Program-made: the position numbers and the translations under genes
Assembly (NCBI GenBank): GCA_964016885.1
Contig: OZ024742.1
Coordinates: 97,092,001 to 97,156,000 of the forward strand
Direction of reading: 5' to 3'
From: Eledone cirrhosa
Taxonomy: Eukaryota
DNA: 64,000 bases
Notes under the pieces: generated by a model
Databases searched by the model: none
What the model was told of the DNA's origin: nothing
What the model saw: only the letters and a program-made list of their open reading frames with translations
Shown here: piece by piece, positions 15,080 to 28,991 of the stretch
Numbering within the stretch: the stretch's first letter is position 1
Layout: the number at the start of each line of letters is the position of its first letter

Positions 15080-16220
15080 GATAAGAACCAGGAACTGATT
15101 ATGGTCTTTGTTGAGACACAAAGCTCCATGGAAAATTCTCAAAAAGTTTGGCATACCTAACAATATGCTGAATGTTATATCTTTTAATGGGGGTATGAGA
15201 GCATCAATTATGTCAAATTGCATATGCTCTGAACCCTTTGATGTCACAAATAGTACAAAGCAGAGTTGTGTCATGGCTCCTGTTCTTTTTTCTTTGTTCT
15301 TCACTGTAATGCTCCAGTATGCATTTGGCAACTCAGATACTAGTGTTAGATAAGAATTTGGTACATAAGGTGGGTTGCTTAACCATCAGCGCATTAAGGC
15401 TAAAACACTTAAATGAACAAGTATTATTCATAATTTATTGTTTGCTGATGAAGCTGCACTTGTTGCAACAACTCTTGAGAGGTATGAGAACTGATGAACC
15501 ACTTCTCATATGCCTATAAAGATTTGGTTTAGCAATCAAAATTAAGAGGCCTGAGATGGTATATCATCCTAGGCTAATCACTTCCAGACAAGTAGAGGAT
15601 ATTGGGCAAGGAGAACAAGGATATGGGAATTCCCATGTTTCCATCATTGTTAAAGACAATGATCTGAAGTATGTGAATTCCTTTACTTAACTTGGCAGCA
15701 AGATGAACAATTACATCTTTAAAGCAACTGATATCTTTGGCAAACCATATCATCCTCTGTGGGTTTCAGAGGTATATCCCTGAAAATGAAATATGCAGTT
15801 TATCATGCAGTGGTGCTGACAACATTCTTATATGGCTCAGAGTCATGTACACTTTATTGCCTCCCCATTTGTAAGTTTGTTGTCTTCCACTAATATTGTC
15901 TTCGGTCTGTCTGTACTTACGCACTTTCTAACAGAATCTCTAATGTCCATCTCTTCATGAGGTGCGCCATCAGTGGCATTGAGTCATTTGTCATGCAGTC
16001 TTAATTCACACTGTTATAGAGTTGACACACACTCTTATAGAGTTAACTTCATAATTGTACACGTAATATAGACAGACCATTACCCAGGTATAAAGACAAA
16101 TAGAAGTACAACCTTAAATCTGTGAACTTACCTTTTACTTCTTTTGAAGCCCTAGCTGTTGACCATGGAAAATGGAGAACTGTCTGTCATGAACCAATAA
16201 AGAACTTTGAAAAATCTTGT
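15080..16220 (+). mobile_element. Old, heavily decayed RTE (BovB-like) LINE, RT to 3' end
   Basis: WKILKKFGIP..SEPFDVTNSTKQSCVMAPVLFSLFF; LLFADEAALV at ~15434; VVLTTFLYGSES at ~15810; WRT near 16170. Confidence 0.8.
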
Positions 16221-16590
16221 CAGCTCCTTCTTCTTGATTTAAGATCTAACACCAATATACAATCAAACAAGCATCCCACAGACATATATACTCTTAACAT
16301 AGTTTGCAGTGAAATTAAGTATAACACAATGTGTGACAAAGTTGTTTTTTGAATCACAGATACATTTAATATTTTTCAGCTGAGTGTATTGCAGTAATAT
16401 GAAATAAAATGTCTTGCTCAAGGACACAATCAATTGATAGAAATTGAAATCATGACTTTATGCTCTAAGTACCCTAACCACTAAACCTCAGGCCTTTGCT
16501 CATATATGCACACATTTATATATACATACATAAAATTACACATACACACACACTCACATAATTCATATACACATGCACATGTACAATATA

Positions 16591-17884
16591 CAGGGTGCGG
16601 AGGATATTTGTTCGCAAGATTACTGTCTAGGAAAAGATAAGACAGTAGTTTTATTTTTTAAGATATATTTATCCTTGGGTCAGTTTGTCTTCATGACTTG
16701 TTCTTTAGATCTCACTCGATAAACCCACCATTGGCTTTGATGACGGCCTCAAGGTGGCCTCGGAACCGGCTACAGGCCTTCGTCACTGTCCCCCGACTTA
16801 GGCCCCTAGAGGCACTAGTGATCCTAGCCTTCAGATCGTCTTTCGTATTGCAGCTAGATCTGTTGGTGTCTCGTTTCACGGCGCCCCACAAAAAGAAGTC
16901 GAGGTGGTTGCAGTCAGGCGAGCTGGGAGGCCAGATGTCAGGTGAAGTGTGGTCGACGAAGTTCTCTGACAGCCAGGCTTGGGTCTTTCGGCTGGTATGG
17001 CAGGGCGCTTAGTCTTGGTTCCACACGCACGGCCTACCTGCTGCTATCTGGTCGATCTAGGGCCTTACTACCTCGCTCAGAACGCAGATGTAGCCATCGG
17101 TGTTCAGCTTGAGACCCTCAGGGAAGAAGTGAGGTGGCATGACGTCACCTTGACTGCTGACGACACTTAAGATCAATGTTGTCGCTGGAAACTTTGTCTG
17201 CATGACTCTGGGCACGTCTTTGGATGAGACAGCGAGTTCTGGGAGTTGATCTTCTGGTCTTGGCAGAGATTTTTCCCGTCGGAGAAAAACCACAGCATGT
17301 CTGGCTCCAGTGGATGTTTCAACTTGTTGATCAGCTTCTTTGCATGCTTCAGTCGCTTTTCTTGCATCGCCTTTGACAGAAATTGTCCTTTCCTCATCTT
17401 GTATGAAATGTAGCGAATGTCTTCATGTACCACCAGCCTAATGAGACTTTCATCCACGCCTTTCTCCCTTGCAATGACATGCATCGACTTTCTAGGTTCA
17501 TTGTTGATGATATCTTGAACTTCAGCGACGGACTCGGGCGTTCTGAAGGCGTTAGATCGCCGATCATCTGTTTTCCTCTCTGATGTTGCTTCGTAGTCGT
17601 ATCCTGAATCTTCCAATTCCTTTCTGACCTTTTCCACCATTCTCCTGCTGACGCTGAGAAAGTCTGAAATTTCCTTATTTGTCCCCCCGGCGCGGATTCC
17701 AAGAAGAACTCCGTGTCTCTTCCACAAATTTGGAGGTTCAAAATTATTCATAATCAATTATTCTGAAAATAAATAATGGAAATATAGTCACTGTTTTTAT
17801 GAAGATAAGAGTGACAATGTAAGTAAAAAAAATTTGCATAAAATTAGCAGTTGAAAATTGCGAACAAATATCGTCCACACCCTG
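16591..17884 (-). mobile_element. Full-length Tc1/mariner-superfamily transposon, DD37D (maT) family, 1294 bp
   Basis: 27-bp TIRs CAGGGTG(C/T)GGA(G/C)GATATTTGTTCGCAA with 2 mismatches; TA on both flanks (16589-16590, 17885-17886). Confidence 0.95.
16712..17751 (-). pseudogene. DD37D transposase, ~345 codons, one frameshift and two in-frame stops
   Basis: WFFSDGK (first D), WNQD*APCH (second D), WPPSSPDCNHLDFFLW (third D). I count 37 residues between the second and third D. Ends GGFIE*. Confidence 0.92.
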
Positions 17885-17889
17885 TAGTA

Positions 17890-18023
17890 CATACATCATA
17901 CATGCATACATATATACATAGATAGGCACATCCATCCATACATACACACATATATACACATATACATACATACATACATACATACATACATACATACATA
18001 CATACATACATACATACATACAT
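17890..18023. repeat. (TACA)n microsatellite
   Basis: Directly visible. Confidence 0.9.
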
Positions 18024-18254
18024 AGCTACATAAGAAAACACCAAGTACATACTCATATGTGTATTGTGATTGGTCCATACGTGATAAAGAGGAATATTCC
18101 AGAATGTTCTATGAAGGATTTATTCAAAATAGAATGATGGATGATGGGAGTAGCTGCTGGTTGACACCATAATTGGCTAAAGTCAGCCTGGCTTCCCCAT
18201 TTCTTTTATTATTCTAAAGGATTTCATTGATTTTGGTAAGGCTATAAGATAGCG

Positions 18255-18815
18255 GGTGTGTGTGTGTGTGTAAGCCTGCAAGTGTGTGAGCATGCTAGTG
18301 TGTATTTTAGCATTCAAGTGTATGTATGTGAGCATGCAAATGTGTGTGAGAGTATACAGTGTGTGAGTATGCAAGTGTGTGTGTGAGTATTCAAGTGTGT
18401 TTGTGAGCATGCAAGTGTATGTGTGACCATGCAAGTGTATGTGTGAGCATGCAAGTGTGTGTATGAACATGCATGTGTGAGAACATGCAAGTGTGTGTGG
18501 GAGTATGCAAGAGTGTATGTGAGCATGCAAGTGTGTATGTGAGCATGAATGTGTGTGTGAGCATGCATGTGTGAGAACCTGCAAGTGTGTGTGTGAGTAT
18601 GCAAGTGTGTATGTGAGCATGCAAGTGTGTATGTGAGAATGAAAGTGTGTGTGAGTATGCAAGTGTGTGTGTGAGAACATGTAAGTCTGTGTGAGCATGT
18701 AAGTGTGTGTGTGAATATGCAAGTGTATGTGTGACCATGCAAGTGTGTGTATGAGCATGGATGTGTGAGAACATGCAAGTGTGTGATGTTAAGTGTGTAA
18801 GCATGTATGTGATGT
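18255..18815. repeat. Degenerate ~20-bp minisatellite GAGCATGCAAGTGTGT(GT)n
   Basis: The motif recurs across ~560 bp and explains the His/Thr-rich ORFs. Confidence 0.9.
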
Positions 18816-18981
18816 TAAATATGTGTAGGTCGGTTTTGGTGAGTGTGTATATATATATATATGTGTGTGTGGTTGCGTATGCATGTGTGTGTATATGTAG
18901 GTATTTTCTAATAAAGATGTATGTGGGTGTGGATATGTGTGTGATGTTCTGTGTTGTGTTGAGTAATTATATGTAAGAAGT

Positions 18982-19017
<36 letters not shown>

Positions 19018-20833
19018 CATGCAAGTGTATGAAGTTGAGAGAGTGTACATACGTGTGACGGTGAATGCGTATGTGTAGCTGTGTTCTGGTGAGTGAGTAT
19101 CTTTATATTTGTATGCATACAGTTGTGTGACTTTCTTTAAATATATGTGTGAGTGTGTATGTGTGTGGATGTGTAGGTGTGTTCTAGTGAATGTATGTAT
19201 GTGTGCGTGTGGTAGTGTTCAGGTTGTTGATGTTAGATGTCTATGTGTATGTACTTGCAAGTGCATGTGTGATGTGAAATGTGTGTACATGTGTGTGTGT
19301 GCATGAGTGAAACAGTGTTTTGGGAGAGAGTAGGAGAGTTGGAAAGGAAAGAAATATTAAAAAAGAAAAACAATGTTGAAGAGTAAGAGAAAAGAGAGAC
19401 GGAGAGAGGGAGAGAAAGTAGATGTGTAGATATAATTGAAGAAAAAAGGAAGAGAGAGAGAGTTGAAAATGAAGGGAAGAGACACAGACAGGAAGTTCGA
19501 GATTGAATTAAGGGATATATATATAGAGAGAGAGAGTTGAAGAGGAAGGGCAGGGAGTGGGAGGAGGAGAAATTGAGCAATATTGTAATATGTATGTAGG
19601 CAGGGTGTATGTGTGAGCAGTAGATAAGGAAATAGATATATAGATAGATTTAAAATCAGCTGAATTGATTGATCGACATGTATGTAGGCATGGATGTATG
19701 TACATCTGTCTGTATCTATGTATTTATGCATGCATGCATATATGTATGAATGTGTGTATTATGTGTGCAGGTAATTAAGTAAGTTTTTATGTATGCATAC
19801 ATGTGTGTGTGTATGTATGTAAGAGAGGGGAAACTCTGAAAAAAACCTTCGGCTTCGGAAATATTTGATGATGTTGACCAGTTCTCCTTTTCGGGTAGTG
19901 TTTTCGATGCTCAGAGAGTGGAATTGGCCGAGTGCAAGGCCTTTCACCACTTAAAAATCCTTCAAAGCACAGGCATCGCTTGTTCAGGATATCTTACAGG
20001 TTTGTGTGGCTGGCTGTAGCCTAAAGGTGCACCATTTTCTGTAATCTGACAAGCGTTTGCAATACTGTTAGCAGAGTTTGCAACCACCATGTATGTATGT
20101 TTGTATGTATGCATGCATGTATGTGTGTATGTATGCATGCATGTATGTATGTATGTATGTTTGTATGTATGTATTAAAGAGCAATGTTCTTTCTCCATAA
20201 ATACAAGTTCAGTCGTACTTTGGTCCATTCAGGTTGGGATATATCCTGTAGTTCTAATACTAATAGGTATGTAACTGAACATGTATCTTGGGTACTGGAT
20301 CTACAAACACCACATCAATGGTCCATTGGTATCCTTCTACATTTACATGATGTGGGCTGCTGACTTCTAGAACATAGCATGTTTTTAATGTGTGGTCCTG
20401 TACGTGTATTGATTTTGTGGCAGTTTTTATTTTTAGATTCCTCCAGTATCACTTTAACCCTTCGGGCTCAACATATACCTCCCCATTTGTTTTTATTTTC
20501 AGCTTTTGTAGTACATTCCACATTGTTCTGGCTATCAAACTATGTTACACGGGCAGGAATAGAGAGAAGACATTCTTTCACAGTTGGCTATAATATGGCT
20601 AACATTATACACACACACGCATATATATATATGTGTATATATATAATAATAAAGTATGAATTCCTACGTGTAAAAAATACATATAGGGAAACAAGTATTA
20701 TCCAACCGTATGCCAATGTGGTTCTATGGCGGGTTAATAAATTAACAAGCCAGAACATATAAAATCAAGGTCTAGCAAATAGAGAAAAAGTTTTTAAATA
20801 AATTTTAAAAAATTCGCAGTATTTACTATATGT

Positions 20834-20915
20834 GCCTTTACCGCGGTTTCATGCTCCAGAATAAACAGAAAATCCAAACGGATTACCATTGAGAAGGGAG
20901 CAATCTTCAGAAGGC
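20834..20915 (-). ncRNA. Type I hammerhead ribozyme motif with long helix II domain
   Basis: Minus strand GCCTT-CTGAAGA-T-TGCTCC...GGAGCA-T-GAAA-CCGCGG-TA^AAGGC: helix I 5 bp, helix II 6 bp, palindromic helix III. Confidence 0.8.
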
Positions 20916-21150
20916 TCTTCTCCCTCGGAATATAACATTCCCGAGTTCAAATCACAAACTGAAGCCATACAAAACCATTCCCAAATGAGAGCGAATGATG
21001 AAAGAAATAATTCTGTCTGGTGCTTTGTGCAAAGACAAAAGACAGGGTGGACAGGTCAATGTCCTGCCACTAGAAATAGCAGCAGTCCAAACGGCCAAAA
21101 TGTTATCTCTACCTTAGGGGGAGATCAATGTATATATATGCATACTTACA

Positions 21151-21187
<37 letters not shown>

Positions 21188-21270
21188 GGATTCCTAATGA
21201 TTTCTAAAGAATGAAACAGTTCTAGTCCTGTAGAATCTCATCTATATTAAAACTATATATATATATATAT

Positions 21271-21320
21271 CATATGACCTCTTTTTTGATGATGATGATG
21301 ATATATACAGTATATATATC

Positions 21321-21352
<32 letters not shown>

Positions 21353-21399
21353 ATATATACTGTATATATCATCATCATCATCAAAAAAGAGGTCATATG
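21271..21399. repeat. Inverted repeat (~50-bp arms) around a (GAT)n spacer
   Basis: CATATGACCTCTTTTTTGATGATG..ATATATACAGTATATAT and its reverse complement. Confidence 0.85.
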
Positions 21400-22035
21400 G
21401 CAGACACTCTGTTGGTATCAATAGTGAAGTGATGTTTGCCTCACTCACCATAACATCCTTTCATTTTGTACCATATGCACATATATCTACACATAAAATC
21501 CAATTGATAATTGGATAGGTAAATCTGTGTACATTAACTCTGTATTTGCTCTGTATTTGCTCTGTATTTTCTTCAATCAAATCTGTCTTTCTCCTTCCTC
21601 CTCATTCCTCATTAATTGATATTACTATGTTGTTCCCCCATCCCACTACTCCTCTCTATCAGCTCCTATTCTCACCTTGTTGTCCACCTCCACTCTAATA
21701 GTCAAAATTCTATTGAACATGATTTACTCATTAAAAATGCTCCTGCTCTTCAACATGGCATCACTCTAAGACTAATCATATTTCATTCTTATCTCTTCTT
21801 CTATTACTCTACATTAATGAAATATTTTACCTGAAACCTCTAATCTTCTTTTCTTTGTAATTGGCATAAATATTTTCATTATACACATACTGTTGATGTT
21901 TTTAATCTTATTTTCTATCCCCCACCTGACTTTCTTTTCAATTGTTGGTTAATTTGATTTAAATTTCCATGGTATTTTCTCATCTTTCCTTCATTCTATT
22001 TGTGTTGTTGCAAACACACACACACACACAAACAC

Positions 22036-22087
<52 letters not shown>

Positions 22088-22683
22088 TAAGTATATGCAG
22101 AGGTTATATTTAATTTGTTGGGATTCAACAATCTTAAACATTTTTATAACTGATATAAAGCACTCAACAGTTTAGTGGAGTAAATATTCAATATATTAAT
22201 AAATAGAAACTATATTTATAAAACCATAATTATTTTATTATATATATTTAAAGGGCAACCAAGGCAAATTAGGGTGGACTTTCATCAGATAAAATACAGA
22301 TTTGTTTTATAAATAAATATTGAAATACCCGGAAAAAAGAAAACCTTAACGGTTGAAGTTCTCTGGATAGTGGAGATAATATTTTATTGAGGGTGATATA
22401 AAGTTATGAGTGAGTATGCAAATGAGTGTCAGAAAAACTGAAAAAACAATGGTTTATTTAAATTAAACTGTTGGAAGAAAGGAGATGTAAAAGGGAGAGG
22501 GAAAAAATATTGAGAGAGAGAAAAAGATATTTTTTCTCTCTCCCTCTCAATATTTTTTTTCTCTGATGAAAGCGCACCATAATTTATCTGATGAAAGCGC
22601 ACCATAATTTGCCTTGGTTGCTCTTGAAATATATATAATAAAATAATTATGGTTTTATAATTCTAGTTTCGATTTATTAATAT

Positions 22684-22760
<77 letters not shown>

Positions 22761-23482
22761 TCTTACTGCTATAAGTGTTAACCTAATATATCCCTTCCAT
22801 ATGCTGTACCGATTGTGTTGTTATTTCTGTTTACCTTTTACATATATATATATACATATATATATATATTTTTTTTTTTCGCTCTACATGGCTGAATACA
22901 ATAAATGTAATCTGAGTTTTTCGAATATTAATAATAATATTTGATTTGTTTCCAATTATGCAAACAAGCCTGTTTACATGCCAACATAAGAGCAAGAATG
23001 AGGGGCTCATTCTACTGACATGGCTTTAAAAATGAGGCTTATTTACATATTTGCAAACGAATCGAATATAATAATATTCGATTTTAATGGGTAATATTCA
23101 TTTTTAACAGGTAAATCAGGTTCAATAGAATATTGACTATTAGAGTGGAGGTGGACAACAAGGTCGGAATAGGAGCTGAGAGAGAGGAGTAGTGGGATGG
23201 GGGAACAACATAGTAATATCAATTAATGAGGAATGAGGGGGAAGGAGAAAGACAGAGTTGATTGAAGAAAATACAGAGCAAATGGAAAGTTAATGAAATG
23301 GGAGTTGTCTTGGTATACAAATGTATACAAATGTACACAGATTTACCTATCCAATTATCAATTGGATTTTATGCGTAGATATATGTGCATATGGTACAAA
23401 ATGAAAGGATGTTATGGTGAGTGAGGCAAACATCACTTCACTATTGATACCAACAGTGTGTCCGCCACATGACCTCTTTTGA
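21385..23482. repeat. Inverted duplication, arms ~21385-21735 and ~23100-23482
   Basis: ~350-380 bp arms, highly similar with one indel block. Confidence 0.9.
22188..22688. mobile_element. Head-to-head inverted pair of a hammerhead-containing element
   Basis: Plus copy 22583-22642 TTTAT-CTGATGA-helix II-GAAA-TATATA-TA^ATAAA; minus copy ~22231-22296 has an 8-bp helix I but GAAA changed to TAAA. Confidence 0.75.
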
Positions 23483-23499
23483 AAACTCAGATTACATTT

Positions 23500-23850
23500 T
23501 CCTTGCTTGCAAGGGTGGGACGGGAACTGATTCTGGCTTGATTTCTACAGCTGGATGCCCTTCCTAACACCAACCTCCTTTACAGCGTGTGCTGGGCGCT
23601 TTTTTTTTCGTGGCGCCTACACGTCCACTTTACAGTGTGGGCTGGGTGCTTATTTGCCGTGGCTCCTCCACGACCACTTTGCAGTGGAATGATAGGGACC
23701 CCAGTCCTTATCATCTCATTTTTACAGCTGAGTAAACTGGAGCAATGTGAAATAAAGTGTCTTGCTCAAAGAAACAACACATCACCCGGTCTGAGAATTG
23801 AACCCACAACCTTTCGATTGCAAGGCCAATGCTCTAACCACTAAGCCATG
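23500..23850 (-). mobile_element. tRNA-derived SINE (family 1)
   Basis: A box TGGCTTAGTGG, B box GGTTCAATTC; co-linear with 9415-9735. Confidence 0.85.
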
Positions 23851-23924
23851 TATATATATATATACAGTATATACTTATGTATAGGAGGCACAAAAGTAGC
23901 TATAATGATTTATTTACAAAGACC

Positions 23925-24242
23925 CACAAATTTGAGGAGGGGAAAGTCGATTAAATTGACCCCAGTGCATTAGTGATACATCATTGTATCAACCCCATAA
24001 TGATGAAAAGCAAAACTAACCTTGGCAGAATTTGAACTCAATATAATGGTTTCTTATTTAATGACAAGATGTCCAATTTGAAGCTGATTAAATAGACCCC
24101 AATAAATTACTAGTACTTTATTTTATTGACCTCGTAAGGATGAAAGGCAAAGCTAACCTTGACGAGATTTGAACTCAGAATTCAAAGGGCAATAACTATA
24201 TGATGCAAAGCATTTTGTCTAATGTTCTACCGACTCTGCCAA
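23925..24242 (-). mobile_element. Two tandem SINE family 2 fragments
   Basis: Twice GATGAAA(A/G)GCAAA..AACCTTG..ATTTGAACTCA, the reverse complement of the family 2 body. Confidence 0.65.
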
Positions 24243-25544
24243 TGATGATGTTAATAAAAATCATAATTAAACATATATCAATAATATTAATAAAAACCTG
24301 TAAAAAATAACTTTGCAGTAAAAGTTAATGATTGTATTCCTACTTGTGCTCCTACCATATGTGTGTATGAGTGTTTATGTGCACGCGCATGTGTGTGTGT
24401 ATATACACACATACAGGGACACACAAAGGTGCTCAACTGATATTTTATTGATTGCTAAAACTTCACAAATCGTTGATCTTCAGAGATTACTAACAAAAAG
24501 CTTATGGAATAAGGATTTGTGAGGTTTCAGCTTCTAATACTATATGTATTTATTGTATGTATTGTATGTGTTGTATGTAAGTAGTATGTATGTATTGTTT
24601 TTATGTATATATGTATGTGTTGTGTATATTTGTCTATGTATATACTGTGAGAAATCAACCATTGCACCACATGGATGCCTGGTGAGTGCTCAAACCATTA
24701 AACCATGTAATCCCTGGCAGTCAGTTGATTGCTCATTTTAGAAGATTCTAAGCCTGTAGCGAGAAGTGTAAACACTTTGTTAGCATTGAATTGTAGTTGT
24801 CCCGATGTTAATGACTTTAAAAGCTAATCACTATAGATAATATTTTAAATAATCTGGTAAAGTACCCCAGAGGACGGAGTGTAATGGTTAATCTGCCCCC
24901 CTAGCATATGAGAGATGTGGGGTTCAATTCCTCAGAAGCAGCTCTGAATACCTTTTTCCTTCCACATGGGTACTTTACCTAATTTTCAACATCTTGTTTA
25001 AAGGAACCAATTTTATTATAGCCATGTATGTTGAGACAACTATATTTCCATTTTCTAATATTCCCAATGCTTCTGAAGTAAATCAGATATTTACACTTCT
25101 AGCTACCGGTTTAAAATGTTCTAAAAGAATCCATGGCCAAGGATTCTTTAGTATAATGGTTAACACACTCGCACAACATCCAAAGAATGCAAGGTTTGAT
25201 TCCTCACAGGTATCTCTGTCAAAATATTTATGTCTCTAGGGTTACTTTAACCAATTTTTTTTACTATTTGTATATTCATTTGCATTGAGACAACTACGTT
25301 TTACACTTACACACTCATACACACTCACACACACTCATATATATGTGTATGTATGCATGGAAAAATGGACGTTAAATGGTGATGATGATATATATATACA
25401 TATATATACAGAGAGAGAGAGAGATAAGCAAATAATTGATAGATAAAAAGAAAGAGATTCGAAATCTACTAGGGAAGAGGGTGAGCGAGAACAAATTGAT
25501 AAAAATTGGTGGAGAAAGTGAGAAGTAAGAGAATGAGATTGCAA

Positions 25545-25980
25545 ATGGCGGATAAGATGATGATGATAATGATGAGTATTGTGGTGGGGGTGATAAAGAT
25601 GGTGAAGAAAAGAAGTGATTATGATGATAATGATGATGAAAATGACAACAGTAATTATGAAGATTATCGTCATGTTTATGCTGATGATGATGACCACAAA
25701 GGTGATGCACAGTGACTTTGATGATAACAATATAACAATGCAAGAATACGGTTACATGGACAATATCAGTTGATAATGATGGCAGTGCTGTTGATAATAA
25801 TGATAAGGATGATGAGAATGATTATAATGATGATGTGGATGCTGGTGATGATAATAATGTCAAAGATGATGAGGACGATGATGATGGCAACAACGTTGAT
25901 AATGATGATGATCACAAGTATATCGATATAAGAACAATACTCATGATGATTGGCCATTAATGCTGAACACAATGATTATT
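25545..25980. repeat. (GAT)-rich low-complexity tract
   Basis: Directly visible. Confidence 0.85.
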
Positions 25981-27744
25981 TTATAGTGGAGGGGAGTGTT
26001 AAGGTTGGTGGGTTTGGAGTTGCCAGGGTTGGGGTTTCTAACCAAAATAAATTAACAGCAAAAACTCAAATCTAAAAGTTAAGAATTTATTCGTTTTATT
26101 ATTTTTTTAGTGTCTATTTTTCACTCTTTATTTTATTTCGACTTTTTTAAAAACTTTAGTCTACTTTAGTCAGTTTTAATCTGGTATATTCAGCTTCTAG
26201 CCTTTGAAATTATCGAATCAGAAAGATGGTGATAAAGTATGGCATAGAACAATGTTGTTCAATAAACGATTTTGTGAAATTCCCTTCCCATTTGCTGGAT
26301 TATTGTCCTCTCATGATGGTTTATCATGTTTAGTAAGTTGCCAAATGAGAAATAATAGTTTATGTTTGAACTCCCGTTTCCTATGAAAGGCTAGGATCAC
26401 AATGAGGATATCTTTCAGATAAGTGACATATTTATTTCCTCTTACATTCAACTTTCAATAACAGACTAATACCACTTAGAGAGGGATAACTTCATTTGTT
26501 GGTCGCTGAGGGTAAAAGTGAAGTCAGTGTTGTGTAAGGGGTGAGAGATTGAAGAGAAGGAGAGGGTTTTGAGATGGCGTTGAAGGAATAGCAAATGGAG
26601 GAAGAGGTGAAGGAAAAGTAGAAAGGGTTGGATTTATTGTTGAAAGATACCTTTGCTAGTAAGAGGTGGTGTTTCATATGTGAACAAAGAGATACTCGTA
26701 TTAGCTAACCATTGTCAGCAAGATAACATATGGTCTATACCATACTTGATAAGAGGTTGTTGTTGTTGTTGTTGAAGTAGTTATATTGCAACAAAATCTT
26801 CCATGCTCTTTCAGCTATGGAGACAATACAGCTCAGCAATGCTTACAGACAGAAACATTTGTCAATTATTTAGCCCCTCTGCCACCCACACCAATGTTTC
26901 TATTCCTTCAAAGGAATAGATAAGAGATGATATGGCAAAGACCTATGTTAGAGAGAATGAAGACTATGGCCCAAGTAGCCTGACATTTCAAACCCCATAA
27001 CTGCAATGTGAACTTTTTAAACACTCAGCCATGCATGTGTATATTATAAATATAATGTTTAGTCATATTGGTGTCATGTAAAAAATGTACTCAGAGCTTT
27101 TTGAATGAACACAAAATGAAGTAGAGAGACTTTAGTTTTGCCAGGAAAATAAAACTCACTCTGTAGCTGGTGCCATTATAAAATAGACCCAGTATATTCT
27201 GTCCAGTTAATGGTGATATGAAGGTCATCTAGCCACAGAAAACAAGCCAAAAATGTGATATAAAAATACAATATGTTCAAGAAGGACTGTGGCTACAAAT
27301 AAGTATGAACTCAGTTCATGAAGAATTATCCAACCCGTACCTGAAAGAAGAAGCTTAAATAATTGGTTACATATATGTATGTATGTATGTATGAAAAATT
27401 GTATTTATACATATGGTTATACATATATTGACATACACATAGTGATGATTACAAACACCCAGACATATTTCCCATTATCTCTCTTTCTCTAATATATGTC
27501 ATCATCATAATATTTGCTAAAACAACAATCATGATCATGAGATATATTAGAGAATGAAAGGTAATGTGAAATATATGTGGGGAGTTGTATGCATCTCTAT
27601 GTGTGCGAGAATGTATGTATAATAATAGGCATAATGCATATATGCATGTATGTATATATCATATGTGAATGTATGTATATATCATATATATACATATATA
27701 TACATATATCATATATATCATATATATACATATATATACATATA

Positions 27745-28902
27745 TACATGTGGCCGGTGCTCTGGTGCAATAAGTAGCAGCAAGTGCCCACAAAATACTA
27801 GCTCCTTCAACTGCGCAGAGGGTTCTATAGAAATAGTGGACAGCTTCCGTTATCTGGGTGACAAAATCAGCAGTGGGGGAGGGTGCTCTGAAAGTACAGT
27901 AGCTAGAGTCAGAACTGGATGGAAAAAGTTCAGAGAGCTTATACCACTATTAGCCGCTAGAGGGTTCTCCCTAAAAATGAAAGGCAGGTTATACGATGCC
28001 TGCATACGAACAGCAATGCTGCATGGCAGTGAGACCTGGGCATTGTGTGCAGAGGATATACGCAGACTAGAGAGGAACGAAGCTTGCATGCTCCACTGGA
28101 TGTGCAATAGTAATATACGTGAACGGCAAAGCATAAACGAACTAAGAAAAATATTAGAAATAAGAGGGATCAGATGTTGTTTACTCGAGAGAAGGCTACG
28201 TTGGTACGGTCACGTGATGCGCATGAAAGACGACAGCTGTATAACAAAGTGCAGGGCAATAAAGATAGACGGTAGCCACGGAGTAGGCAGACCCAGAAAA
28301 ACATGGGACGAGCTGATAAATTCCGACCTCACACGCTTACACCTCTCCAAGACAATGTCACTGGACCGAGACCTTTGGCGGTACTCAGTAATAGAGAAGA
28401 CCCGCCTTACCTAAATACAAAGTAAAAACCTACTACAGTCAGTAGGCACCTCTATCAAAACACACCCCCGTCCCACCACCTCCACACCGCCCCTTTCAAT
28501 GTAAAGTTATGTTGGTCCCACAACATCCAGGCCGAAACAAATGAGATTGTGTAGGTGTCACGACAAAAAACACACAGTCCACGCTGTAAATGTGGCCGTG
28601 TAGGCAACACGGTAAAAACCTCCCAGCCCCACACTGTAAATGTGGTTGGTGTTAGGAAGGGCATCCAGCTGTAGAAAACCCGCCAGACAGTCCACGCTGT
28701 AATGTGGCCGTGTAGGCAACACGGTAAAAACCTCCCAGCCCCACACTGTAAATGTGGTTGGTGTTAGGAAGGGCATCCAACTGTAGAAAACCCGCCAGAC
28801 AGTCCTATGCGAGCAAGACAACCACTCTTGCCTCAAGTGGGAAAACCCCCGTCCAAACCCATGCAAGCGTGGAACACGGACGCTAAACCTGATGATGATG
28901 AT
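27745..28902 (+). mobile_element. 3' fragment of RTE LINE (PHD-bearing family) with 3' UTR and (GAT)n tail
   Basis: TCGRC..VDSFRYLGD..MLHGSETW..RRLRWYGHVMR..GRPRKTW, stop at 28412-28414; UTR contains a ~120-bp tandem duplication. Confidence 0.92.
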
Positions 28903-28923
28903 ATATATATACATATATATATA

Positions 28924-28991
<68 letters not shown>

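Noticed and set aside
18183-18804. His/Thr-rich ORFs of 137-191 aa
   Set aside because: Open in several frames because of a CA-rich minisatellite.
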